A DNA stretch of 54,179 bases, filler included, from Dirinaria sp. TL-2023a (Eukaryota), in NCBI GenBank assembly GCA_051941275.1. It is 2 parts of 2 records of this genome, joined end to end, with 100 filler letters (N's around TTAATTAATTAA, not from the genome) between each part and the next. Parts side by side here need not be neighbours in the genome. Positions count along the whole stretch, not along the records: positions 1 to 27,076 come from JAVEBF010000151.1; 1 more part is not named here. One strand, given 5' to 3'. The notes beneath the pieces are model-generated. The model did not search any database. It saw only the letters and a program-made list of their open reading frames with translations, and was not told the DNA's origin. The translations under genes and the position numbers were made by a program. Each line of letters starts with the position of its first letter. Positions within the stretch are counted from its first letter, which is position 1. This document shows positions 1 to 11,800 of the stretch, piece by piece.

Positions 1-575
1 CTCCAGCACTCAAGCCAACGTCCCAAAAGCTCTCTTCCTCCTCCCCTTCTCCATCCCATAATCCAGCGCCCAAAGCCGCCAGCTCACCACGCGCCGCATC
101 CCGCTCTGCCATCACCATCTGCACTTGATCTTCAAGCTGCCGAATCCGAAGACGTGGTTCACCCGCCGTTCCGGGTGTAAACCCACGAGACACAGGCTAT
201 GCTCTGATCTTCTTCGCGGCTTTCTTGACCGCCTTTGCGGCCGCGAGCTGGCGTTTGGCGGAGGCGGGGTGGCGAGCAGCACGGGCGATGTGACGCATGG
301 CGCGAACGATGCGCGCGCGATACCGTTCGATGAACTGGGATTTGTCAGTCCCGTCAGTCGGTTAGTCGCGTCCCGGGCGGGGGGGCGAATTGCTGACAGC
401 AATATATCGGTTCACGCCGTGGTGCTGGCGGCGGCAGTGCTGGCAAAGTCCGGGGCCGCAACGGCATTGTCTTTTTCCCAAGCAGGCCAGACATGGCAAA
501 GTCTCGCATTCTTACAGGTTTTTGATCAATCATCTTAGCTACGCTGCTAGCTTTTAGCGGCGACGAGATGCTCAC
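1..575 (-). pseudogene. Probable disrupted or partial gene: Cys-rich motif plus coiled coil with an in-frame TAG; runs off the window start
   Basis: Putative introns 511-575 (GTGAGC..TAAG) and 335-397 (GTCAGC..CTGAC..CAG) join ECETLPCLACLGKRQCRCGPGLCQHCRRQHHG to FIERYRARIVRAMRH..KKIRA. After TAG at 197-199 the same frame continues as PVSRG..LRIRQLEDQVQMVMAERDAARGEL..EEEESF. The 5' end is not resolved. Confidence 0.35.
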
Positions 576-1856
576 CATCATCCTGTGTCGCTATCGTGAC
601 GCAGGCAATATGCCACGCAAATTTGGTGGAAAGCTGGCCTTGGTTTGTTCTGGCTATTCCCTAGTATAAAGCCCGTAAACATTTCTTGGATACTGTCCTA
701 CTGACACTTGATGAAACTCGATGTCCAAAAAAAAAAAAAAAACAACAACAAAAAGCAAATTAAACCTTCATTTAACACCGTCTGGCGTTTCAAGTAAGCA
801 CTGAGGAGATAGTTGAACTTACATATTCAGTCGAAGAATTGGTTCGGAAAAAAAGGGGGGAGGAAAGTCGTGAAATTTACAGAATCCTTCACTTGTGCAT
901 GCCGACCTCCCACGGCGCGTTATGGGCGCGCGCCGCCGATTATTCACTATAGCTACCCATCATTGTTTATTCCTGTTTCACTTCTTCTGTTGTTGCGGGG
1001 TTCGCAATCTGGAAGAAAAGATACTCCGACAACTAAGTACGCCTAGGCGCGAGGGCTGACGTTAAAGTAAAGTACATCTTTTTGCATCCAGGGCTTTTAC
1101 TTCGCTACATCTGCTGCCTTCAACCTCTTTTTCTTATGCTGTGAGCACTATTTCTTGGCTGTAAATGATTGAAACCCAATTTTTGATTCCGGGGTTTAGG
1201 ATTATTATTGAGGAGATCTCAAATGCTTCTAATGGTGCCACCCCGTATTTTGGCAGCTAGGGTAGAAGCAGTAGTTTGAGCGAGACGTCCGTATACAACC
1301 TGCATCTTCATCTCGAGGTGACAGGTTCATAGGTGCGTTAGACGCTTATAACAGGGTAGTTGATCTTTAGCGAACGGTGAGGGCGAGGTGCGAACTACAT
1401 TCGTATGTAAATAATATCACTGCTAAGTAAGTCAATCTGAAAACCGAAAAGGCAAAGTCTGCACAGCAAACAACTTCTTGTTGAAAAAAGTGCGCTTCGG
1501 TAACTTGAAAGCGGAAACAGACGCGGCTCTAGAACTCGACGCCAGCAGCGCCTCTGATGCGGCTATGCTCTATCGCATTCGAATGAAATGGACACCTGCC
1601 TGTGCATGAGTGCTTGGAAAGTGTATTGTGCGCTTGTCGAATTGAAAAGCGAGCAGTCAAACCTGAACCATGGTATTAATTCTCCAGAGTCCCCTTCTTT
1701 GTGTTTATTAGCTAAGTTGTGAAAGTCCTGGGACTGAAGACTTGCCGGGCCCGTTTGTCCTTTTCTCCAAGAATTTCAAACCTTCAATTAGCCAGCATTA
1801 CCGTGGCCAGCTAGTCTTTTGATGCCTCTTTGAAAGATTGAAACTCGAATAAAGTG

Positions 1857-2937
1857 ATGAGGAATGTCCTGCTTTCGTGCTTGCTCCTTGGGGAACTTGG
1901 CTGCGCTTCGGTGATACGTCTACCAGTACTGAATACCACATTCTCGACTTCGTTGGAGTAAGAATCCTTTCCTTATCCTGAAAAGTTCATCCTAGCACCA
2001 ACTGTAGCCACAACCTTTGCTGAACACCTGAAGCGACGCCGCCTCTACTGCAACTAGGAATGTCTCTCTTCCACTCGATCCTACTCGCTACCCCCCATCC
2101 CCGCCATTCCGAATCAGTGTCACTGCCCTCAATTACAGGGAGATCGACGTAGGCGATCTTTTTTGGCACATTCTCGACAACATCATCTATTTATGGCGGG
2201 CGCCCATCAACTCGCGAATCGATCGAAGTCTCCAACTCTTCGATCAGAAAGAACCAAGACTTCGTACTTTCGTTAATCCACCCTACATGGCTCGTACAAG
2301 GATGGATCTGCGTACCTTGGGATATGTATTCGTGTCAGTCATTACAGTCCTGCTGAACCATGAGGAAGATTGGGGGTATGGGCAATGGATAAGAGTGCAG
2401 GAGGCTGGCTTGGTAGCAGAGGAAGCGCCACCGCTGCTAGACATATATATTGTGCCCAGAATCGATCTCAAGGGTCCGATCAGCAACTTTGTAGATCATA
2501 ATGACACGAACATGACGCTGCCTGGCAATAAGTTCACTGCGAATCCTGCGAACGCTATAGATGTGGCCGTGGAGTATACTGGCACTCCTCTGACGCGCAC
2601 CAACATCTTTCAACTCATTACACTCGCGGTCGATGGGTTCATCAGCAGTGTTTCGGTTGCTCCTTATGCCGAAGGACTTTCAGAGATTTCCACGTCAGAC
2701 GGAAAAGCGCGCATGTTAGTGGACGTCGTTGGAGAGCATCTGGTGACGTTCTTTGCGCAGGGGATCTTGGATTTGCTGTACCATTACACGCGAGAGAAAC
2801 GCTGGGAGACTAGTACCGCCACATTCAAGTACGGTGAGGCGCTTTTTGCGACGATAACGATCGAGGATGTGCCCGTGGAGTTGGATGGACCAAGCAACGG
2901 TGACAATGATTTCAACAACGAGACCGCCACTTCTTGA
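1857..2937 (+). CDS. Uncharacterised secreted protein, 334 aa, 2 exons (1857-1957, 2034-2937)
   Basis: ATG at 1857 gives a signal-peptide-like MRNVLLSCLLLGELGCAS. Intron 1958-2033 (GTAAGA..GCTGAA..AAG) joins it in frame to the 2287..2937 ORF. Several N-glycosylation sequons (NTT, NVS, NDT, NMT, NET). Confidence 0.75.
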
Positions 2938-3188
2938 GATAGTCGAGTGCTCTACCATTATCTGCAAATACGTGAAGTCGGTAGGCTCTCGATAGCCAAG
3001 GACCAAGTCATGATATTAGTGCAGGGATTTGGTGCTTTCTTGGGGTTAGAAATATTCGAAACATGAGCATTCCCAATTAGTCAAGATGCCTGCTTCACTG
3101 ACCTAGAGCGAGCATCTCTAACATCCGTGATCGAAGGGACCCAATGTAAAATCATAAGTAGGGTAGAGCATCTCTTCCTCTATAACAT

Positions 3189-4283
3189 TCATCCGTTGCT
3201 TGGCCGTCCATCCATCTCTGAAGGGCCCCATCCACCATCTAATTCAGCGCGAGAGACTGAAGTTGCAGCAGGTGCCCAGGAATTGAATCGCGGCGTCGTT
3301 ACAAGCGCCATCTCATGCTTCTGCTTACTTTCCCAAACGGTGGCTGGGTGCTGCTCATGTACTGTTGAGAATATTTTGGCAGGCGCTTGGGGTTCATCCA
3401 GTAGCGAAGTGCATCGCAAGACCTTGGAGGGTCGTTGTGGCAAATCTTTATTGCTGCGTGAACTGGCTTTTGATGAACTTCGGCGACTACGCCAGAAGAA
3501 AGTTGCCAGGATGGCCACTATGAGCACGAAGACCAGAACTCCGAGGGCTATGGCGGCTTTCGTACCGGGAGACAGTGCGTGGTGTATCTTCGTGGTTGAT
3601 GTGCTTGAGGAGGTCGATGATGTAGGTCCAGGGACTGATAAGCTCGCTGAAGAGGTCTTATGTCTATCTGCCTGAAGTTGGCTACTTGGCGGCACACTTG
3701 ACGTGGCTAGACTCCTTGAACTCGTCAAAGCGACATCCGGATTCGCCGAAGCATAGCCGATAGAAGAAACAACACCTGAGGAGATAGTAGCGGTTGCGTT
3801 GTGCAATGTGGGACTTGTCAATGTGTGTCGGTTTGCTCCCACCATAGTGCTCTGGCCACGAGTTCTCGTAACACGTTGACTGGCTGATTGAGCAGTAGAG
3901 GCTGCAATTATAGTCTGAGCTACCGGTTGCTGTGCTTGCGTAGTCGTACCCCCTGGGAACGTCTTGACAGAGGCAGCAGCTGCAATGTTCTGGAGCATTG
4001 GCTTTGTGCTTGCGGCCTGTATTATGGTTGTAGAAGTGTCTGAAAATACGGGCTCAGTGGCCATTCCTTGAGTTTTCGAATACGTGGGTACAAAGCTACC
4101 AGTGGGCGTCCTTCGACCAGGTAGGCCGACAAGTTCTGCACTGACCATAGATCGAATCGCACTTTGTAAGGAAGAGCGGGCTGGTACACTGGGAACCTGT
4201 CGCCAAACCAAAGGACGGTCTTGACGCAGGCTCATTTGCCTGGTGTCCACGTGGCGAGCTCGCGGCCTGTGTGTTCCGTCCAT
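3189..4283 (-). CDS. Ser/Thr-rich single-pass membrane protein (Mid2/mucin-like architecture)
   Basis: 364-aa ORF with a long S/T-rich region, then LSPGTKAAIALGVLVFVLIVAILATFFW (TM), a basic RSRR stop-transfer signal and a tail with AELDG/SEMDG motifs. Confidence 0.7.
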   Translation of the reverse strand: MDGTHRPRARHVDTRQMSLRQDRPLVWRQVPSVPARSSLQSAIRSMVSAELVGLPGRRTPTGSFVPTYSKTQGMATEPVFSDTSTTIIQAASTKPMLQNIAAAASVKTFPGGTTTQAQQPVAQTIIAASTAQSASQRVTRTRGQSTMVGANRHTLTSPTLHNATATISSGVVSSIGYASANPDVALTSSRSLATSSVPPSSQLQADRHKTSSASLSVPGPTSSTSSSTSTTKIHHALSPGTKAAIALGVLVFVLIVAILATFFWRSRRSSSKASSRSNKDLPQRPSKVLRCTSLLDEPQAPAKIFSTVHEQHPATVWESKQKHEMALVTTPRFNSWAPAATSVSRAELDGGWGPSEMDGRPSNG

Positions 4284-5764
4284 GGTCTATCTCCACTACC
4301 AAGTCAAAACGTGTGCAAATTTTGACCGCTCGGGGCAAGCCGAGCACTACGCTGCCAGATGTAGCTCATTTGGAATTCTGGGAACGTAATACACTCGATG
4401 TACACGAGCACGCAAGGAGATGTTACTGCGCAAACTTCACAGCCATCATGAAAACAAATATTTTCCGCGCGTTGTGAAACATACTACTGATCCACCAAGA
4501 ACATGCTGCTCCCAGCCTCTCGCAGGCAGCTCTGGCCTTGTGCTTAGCGACTGCGCCTATGGATCATTTATGAATTATCTTTGCTGTGAGCACTTGAATA
4601 GATGATGCGACACAAGCACTCAAGACGCAGAAAAAAAGATCTGCTGGCTGCTAAAATGGGAACGTTTTGTACGCCTGAAAGAGAAACTTTGCAGCGGACC
4701 CATAGAGAGACTCAATAGCGAGAGGTACCTACTCTAAACCTACCTTACCTTACGAGCATTAATCTACCAAGAATATTATGGGTAAGACGGGACAAACGAT
4801 AGCTTCCAGGATAGTTTGCAGCTGCTCCTGTTACAGTGATTCGACGAGCCGCTGTTGGAGCACTGAGCAATGCACTTGGTGGCATACATGAAGCATGGCA
4901 TTGTCTAAAGTCTATAAATGTATGTGGGTGAGTTCTAATAAGGTAGAACTCACCGAGGCAACCACGCTAGTGCCAGGCAGCACTCTAGGTATAACACTAT
5001 GGGGCAACACATCTGCTTGAACAGCCGCTCCAATGGAGAGGCGATGCGGGACCATGGTGCGGTTCGGATCGTAGTAAAACATCACAGAGTGCGGATGTAG
5101 AGCCGAGCTTGAAGGACGGGATGTCCTTCTGATTTATAGCTAGATTTTACTGGTCCCGGTGGAACACGACTCAGTCGCCTGGAGATATTCATTATTGATG
5201 AGAAGGTGGCCTTTAATTTGTTGTGACTTCCAAACGTTCTTGCCATTACTCAGATTTGGACCACGCCAGCCTTATCGGTGAAACCTCGGATGGGGTCTAG
5301 ATGCTCAAGGCACGTGATCAGGAGCGAAAAAGGTACCTAGTCCCATATATCCGCAACTGGCAGGAGTTGCAGGTCTTTTGAAGACCCGAGGTTGGAATGA
5401 TATGAGAGGTAACTAATAGGAATAGATCAATAGGAATCGATCAGCACAGCTGAGTCAGAAAATAGCTGCATTGTGTAACTAGCAAGGCCGACGAATAAGG
5501 TAGTGTGAGAGTGGCTTGCATCAATGGGCCGATATATTCATGGCATGATGTCGGCTCGAATCACAACGTAATATCTGGAGCATACGTTCACTGGATTGGG
5601 CCAATGTTCAGTTTTCGTTCATTTATTCACAAATGAATGTCATTGTCCAGAAATCGTGGTTCCTTGCTCCAACGCCACCACCGAATCATCTGCTGCTTTC
5701 CGTCCACGTGACGCCTTCCTTCCACAGATCTCGTGGGGAGGCTATGTCGGCCCAATACATTGAT

Positions 5765-6237
5765 CTAGAAGGCCAGGCAAGAGCCAGTCAATTGCACCTG
5801 GGGTGGCCCCACGTCCACTGTCTGTGCGCCAACGACGGTGGTCTCGCTGCCGTCAATACCGAAGAAAGTGCAGGTTGCGCCCCCTTGGGAGGAGATTTTG
5901 CTGATGCTGGACTGGTCAACTACGATAATGATTAGCGAGGCTTCACTCTACCACTCTACGCTCCCTAGACAAGCTTTGCGGAGCGTGCCTGTTGTATCGC
6001 GGCTGATATTGACGAAGCCGACAAATTTCTCAAATGGTAGGATAGGGGAGAGAATTATCACGTACAAACGTAAAAGGTTGAGCCATCGGTAGGCACAGAT
6101 TGGGTAAAGGTATCTTCAGGAGTAGCACCATAAAAGGTTATCAGAGCCTGAAATTGGCGAGTTACTTTAGCAGCAGGGGCTGCGAAGGCGGAGGTGGCCA
6201 AAAGGGCCGCAGCAGTTGCGAGCGAGAAGACCTTCAT
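5765..6237 (-). CDS. Small secreted protein, 108 aa, 2 exons (6237-6066, 5919-5765)
   Basis: Signal peptide MKVFSLATAAALLATSAFAAP. Intron 5920-6065 (GTACGT..GCTAAT..TAG). Exon 2 reads FDQSSISKISSQGGATCTFFGIDGSETTVVGAQTVDVGPPQVQLTGSCLAF* with 2 Cys. Confidence 0.85.
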
Positions 6238-7792
6238 TGTGTATGAGACGGGAGAGGCTGGTAAGTCCTTCAGATAGGAAAGCAGGAAGATGGTAAGGTA
6301 TGTATGAAACAGTAAGCACTGGAGGTTTGACTTTACAGGAGAAATCACTGCTGAAGATGGAAAACGACAAGCTGGAAGGGCGAAGAAGACTTTATACCTT
6401 TGACGCCAGACGTTTGATTCAAGTTGTCAGCCTATGATGAGGTTCATTAAGTCTTGGCTCTGACATAGGCTGAACGATCCAGCTTGAGAGTGACTTGTAT
6501 CCAAGCCCATTGCCTTCGGAAGACCAGAAGATCAATTCGCTCGCACGAGGTCTTCTGATCATTTTGATTGGTGATAGAAGAATCTCTTAGTGGCGACGGA
6601 CATGGAAATGCGAGCAGCCGATGTCCACCTCGTATTGAGATGTAGAGGGTAGCATTGCGATATGTTTGTAAGATATTAGTTGCTTGGCTGCTACGCGTCC
6701 TCCATGCCCAGCTTGTGTGTGCTGGGAAGAACCGGGGGACGATTGTCATTGAGGTAATAACAGTAGCCACGGACTCTCTCGTCCGGTTCAGCTGCTACCC
6801 TCTTCGCAATATAATTCGGAGAGCATCTTCCTACCTGACAAGTATGGCCTGATCTTGAAAACAACAGCAGATGCCGGTAGCAGCATACAACCAGTCAAGA
6901 GGAGAAAGGTGGGAGAATGCAGTGTGACATCTATTACCCCACAATATCACGGCAAATGGGGATTTTCGTCACGGACCACAGCGGTGGGAGAGACCCAGAT
7001 CTAGCCATCTTATGCATGTTGATATTCCGCATGCAGGAACCGCATTGGCTAGGCAACCACTCATTGCTCCTAGCAGTTTGGGAATTTTTAGTCATTGTAA
7101 TACCTGCCGTCAGCATGCTCGGTCATCTGCTTCCTAAGATTGCCTAATACTGATTAGTGAGCACCTGTACATATTAAGACTTCGTTATGTGTTTCTCGCT
7201 TCGGGAGTGGGCCAAGAGCAACTATAAGGCTGTCTCGGGCGTCCAGAGCGGATTAGCACCTGATCTTCTCTGTTGAAAGAATAATGAGGACATTTACCTC
7301 AATGGACTGGTGTTGCTAGCGAGAGGAGTTTGACGGAGCTGGATATGCGGTCCAAAGCCTAACCCAACATAGCTAGCTTCATCAGCACCAAGCCGAGGCG
7401 TAGGCCCGATATTGTTCCACATTTTCCGATAGATTCCGATCTTCGATTTCCATTACAGGTAGCTAGCAATCGAGACCCATGATTTTGTTTGTAGAAAGAT
7501 GAAACGATGAAATGAAACAAGTTCTTCGTAGCAATTCATACAGATCTTGGAAATGTAAATGCAGTCCACACCTGCTAAAGCACTACGTCTGCGTATATCG
7601 CGAACAGTTTGGTGCTGTCGAGCTATTTCAATCGTGTCATCAATATCTTCTTCGCCGTTCAACGAAGACCTTCATAGGAAGCCCCTGGCACTGCACATAT
7701 CCACCGACTACCTTAGTTCCTTGCCGATTTGGGTCAGTGCTTTGCTTCGAAGCACAACAGCCTTGGTTTTGCCACGTCGTATCTCTCCCTCT

Positions 7793-8656
7793 ATGGCCGG
7801 GCAACAAGAAATCATCGGGGATCGAGCAAACTTCTGGCTCTACTCGCCAGCCGCAGGATTCGATCTCACGCACCCGGCAACCCCAGCCTCACCGCCTCTG
7901 TATCCCCGCATCCCACTCCAAACAACAACCTTCCGCATAGCCATTGACCCGAAAAAAACCGCACTCGTAGTCGTAGATCTCCAGAACTACTTCCTATCCC
8001 CGGCGCTCGGTCGTCCCCGTGACGCGGGTGGATTGCAAGTTGTCGAGAGACTAGTACGATGTGTGATCCCGGCGTGTAGACAGGCCGAGATACCGATTGT
8101 GTGGCTCGGCTGGAGCCTCACGCCGCAAGATCTAGAGGGAATGCCGCCTACGATTTTGCGGGCCTTCGCGGCCGATACGAATTTTGAGGGCGAAAGGCGC
8201 TTGAAGGGGCTGAGTTCGGAAATCGGATCTGTAGAGCTGGAAAACGGCTCCCTGGTTGACGGAGGTCAGGAGCTGATGCGAGAGTCGTGGAATGCGGAAC
8301 CTTATCCCCCGCTGGTGGAGATGTATCACCCTCATGACATGTGGATTGGCAAAAACCGGTTGTCGGGGTTCTGGGGCGGGACAGAGACGGAAGAAATTTT
8401 GACTGGCCGCGGCATCAGGACTCTGCTCTTTGCGGGTGTCAACACGGACCAGTGTGTAGGCGGCAGTCTTCAGGATGCTGCGGCGAAAGGGTGGGATTGT
8501 CTCCTCCTGAGTGACGGCTGTGCGACGACGAATCCGGAACTCGCTCAGCAGTGTATTGAACTTAACTGCGAGCAAGAATGGGGCTTTCTGCTTTCCTGTG
8601 AAGACTTTGCCAAAGGCGTCGAGAATATGCAAACGACGCCAGGAGACATGCTTTGA
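7793..8656 (+). CDS. Isochorismatase-family (cysteine hydrolase) protein
   Basis: Motifs TALVVVDLQNYF, KNRLSGF and LLFAGVNTDQCV give the Asp-Lys-Cys triad. Likely start is ATG 7793 (MAGQQ); the ORF is open from 7559. Confidence 0.88.
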   Translation: MAGQQEIIGDRANFWLYSPAAGFDLTHPATPASPPLYPRIPLQTTTFRIAIDPKKTALVVVDLQNYFLSPALGRPRDAGGLQVVERLVRCVIPACRQAEIPIVWLGWSLTPQDLEGMPPTILRAFAADTNFEGERRLKGLSSEIGSVELENGSLVDGGQELMRESWNAEPYPPLVEMYHPHDMWIGKNRLSGFWGGTETEEILTGRGIRTLLFAGVNTDQCVGGSLQDAAAKGWDCLLLSDGCATTNPELAQQCIELNCEQEWGFLLSCEDFAKGVENMQTTPGDML

Positions 8657-8817
8657 AAGGCTTCTCAGTGTCTTCGATCTCAGAAGTAATGGATAGAGTT
8701 CAACATAAAGGAGGTTTATGTACTAAGCTTATTTGCATTTGAAATAGAATGCTCTCTCCAGCCAACGCTTGCTAAGTTGCTCCATCGCTGCCATTGCTAG
8801 ACTTGATATCCCTTCAT

Positions 8818-11800
8818 TTAACCCTTTGCATTATACTTATCGTTAAACGCATTGACCGCGACACCAATTTGGCGATACAGCCAGTTGCGGCTGCTCTCCT
8901 CTTGCACCGGAATGAATGGCCCGTTCAACCCTCCCTTAAGCGTAACACTCATACCTGTCCGCTCCTTGCTTATGGTCTGGATATCGTTCAACTTGATATC
9001 CCACTCCACACGCAGCTTCTTCGTCTTCACGCACATGATGCGATTGTACGTCAGCATGACCAGCATCTCTTTCCCAGGAAGCTCGAGGTGCGCAATATAG
9101 TCCTCGTGAAAGAATTTGCCGTCTTCGCACGTCTTGAGCCAGAACTGGCCTAGCGCTTCTCGCTGCGCGTAGGGGCGCACAATACCGTCCAAGCCAATAA
9201 AACGGGTCAGACGCACACGATCTAGGCCTTCGGCGTCGAAGACAGTTGTAGTGTTGCGCACGCCTTCGGCCATGTTGGAAGCAAGGTCGAAAGCTCCGAT
9301 CGCTGGTTTGGTGGCCAGCCCGAGAAAGCCCTTGCCTACGCCCTTGACAAATCCGGGAAGACCTTCTTTCTCCGCGCCTTGCATGGGGTGGCGGGCGAGA
9401 CCGCCGATGCCGCTCGCCATACTAGAAGCAAAGGCGTTGCCGCCTGACGTGACACCATAGAGGGCGTGCTTGGGTCGATTTCGCGACTTGGACATCCGAC
9501 GTTGGTCTTGATATTCTTTGTCAAGAGTCGCGGCCGCAAGGCCTTTGGACATGCTGCCCGTAAATTTAGCCATGCTGTCCGAGAATCCAAAGACAGACTT
9601 CTTGACAAAGCTGGATGCACCTTTGGCGATCCCGATACCCAGCTCTTGCGGCCGGTCAGTCATGACCAGGCCTTGGTAAGGCTCGTAGAAGATGTCTGCG
9701 ACGCCCGAGCTGACATTTGTGAAGAGCCCTACTGGATTGCCAAGGAAGTCGGCGGAACCCAAGATAATGTGCACCTGCCGGATACATTCCTGTGTGTAGT
9801 GACTCTGGATGTTTGAGAGCAGGGCAGGCACTGAGAGCCGAGCGTTCTCCAGCATGAGAGCATTCAGTCTCAATGGAGCATCATTGACATTCCCTACCGA
9901 CATGGTCATGATGTTTACGAAGAACATTATGGGGTTCGATGTCTGCATTGTGTCTTCTGCGTTGATGCGCTCTGTGCGGACGAATGACAAATCGAGTTGA
10001 GCCGGTTGTAAGTGGAGTAACTCGAAATAAACATCTTGGCCTTGCTCTTCTTTTTGCGGCTCTGGTATGTCCAGGCTTTCGTCGCACAATTTGCCTTCAT
10101 GTTCCTCCGACCACGAAGCGCCTGGTACTTTGGTGAAATCCAGCATGGCAAAGATGAAATCTTCGTCAATCTCCAGCGTCATTTGCTGGAGTAGCACTGT
10201 AGCGTACTTGATGTACAAGACCCCATAGGAATCATCCTTAACCCGGGTGACCATGGAGTGAAAGATAGGGTGGGCTTCCATCTCCTTTCCGGTTTTTGGC
10301 ACCACGCTCGGGTATAAGAGGATGGGAAATATCCCTCCATAAAGCTGGTTGTCGATCTGGATCCACTTGATGGTCGCATTCAAGGTTTGATATAACTTCG
10401 AATCGTTATATTTGAGCTCGAGATCTCGGAATGTCATGTAAAGCAACTCTTTCAAGTTCTTGTTGACTAGAGAGATGCCGAAGCCTGCAAGGCGGAGTTG
10501 CGCTTTGAACGTGACCTCTGACTCGATATCTTTGGCTTCGAACCCAGTGGCTACACTGCTTTGTGATGCGGTGCCACTCTTCTGCTTGTACAGGCTTTTC
10601 GAAGGCCGGTAATTCGAGAGCACGAGTGTTTGGGTCGGACCCTCGGCAACAATATTCAGGTCGATGATCTTTTGCTGCCTCGAACCTTGGGCAGCTGGAA
10701 GCTTCATGGGAACTAAATTGCCGATCTCGGCCAATTTGATGCGCCTTTCCTTGCCTGATGCAGTGATGATAAGCTCCTTGTTCTTCGCTGCTGGGTAATC
10801 CCAGGCGTAAGGCATAATGCTTCGAGGTGGTAACCGGTACCGTATTGGCTTCCATCCAGAACCCTTATCTTCCTCGCCCTCACCAAGATTAGGATTGGTT
10901 TGGAAAAACATGAATTCGAGATCGCTCTCATTGCGCATCGAAAATGGCCAGTGTTTTTTCTCGATGGATAGATGCAGGAAGATTGTTCCTGCTTCCATTA
11001 TGATTTCCACTCTGACAAGCTGCTGACGTTCACCTGCTTTGGCCAGCTTTACGTGGACCGTGCCGACATTAGCAATATTGAATGGCGACGACCATTGATT
11101 GTTGACTCCAGAATAGCACAGGCAAAGCTGCTTGTTCTGCGCTTGCTTAAGGAATTGGAGTGGTTTGAGGTCTCCAGGCTTCAGTGTCATGACGCTGGAA
11201 GAGCCTGGCTCTCTTATGTTGAGCTCCTCATGGAACTTATTTTTCAGAATAAAGCGAGGAGCTACAGTCACGACCTTGGTCAGCTTGTACTTTCCTTCGC
11301 CCTCTGCAATGGACAGCCCGACATGCATTTCAGTCCTCTCGCTGGCATGAGGTAGGACCGTCTCGAAGGCACTCCCAATAGCATCCAAACTTTGCGGTTT
11401 GCTCCATACAGAGTCCCCAATCTTCAGATTGGCACGATTCTTTTTGTCATCGGTAGGATAGGAAAACATGTACGGAAGCGCCTTCCGGCTGCCCTGATCA
11501 AAAGCCATGCGCATGCCTTGACCAGCTGCGGATTTGGCCGACGAGAACATTGATTTGCTCTGCAGACTAATGTCAAGGCCTGTCTTGTTTAGTACCAAGT
11601 AGGGGCTATAGACCGTGACTCTAAAAGCACCACCGCTATCCGGAATATTACTAAAGAATCATCAGCTTTACCTCGTCAATAACGTCCCTTCTTTGACTTA
11701 CAAATAGTGAAGCTTAAGCCTCAATTCTGCACCTTGATCATCCTTGACCGGAAGGTTCGACTCTCGGCGGAAATCTTCTTGCGTGTTGGAGTTTACGACT

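Noticed and set aside
7559..7792. 78-codon N-terminal extension of the isochorismatase ORF
   Set aside because: The sequence is unlike the family and ATG 7793 fits better, although a targeting extension cannot be excluded.
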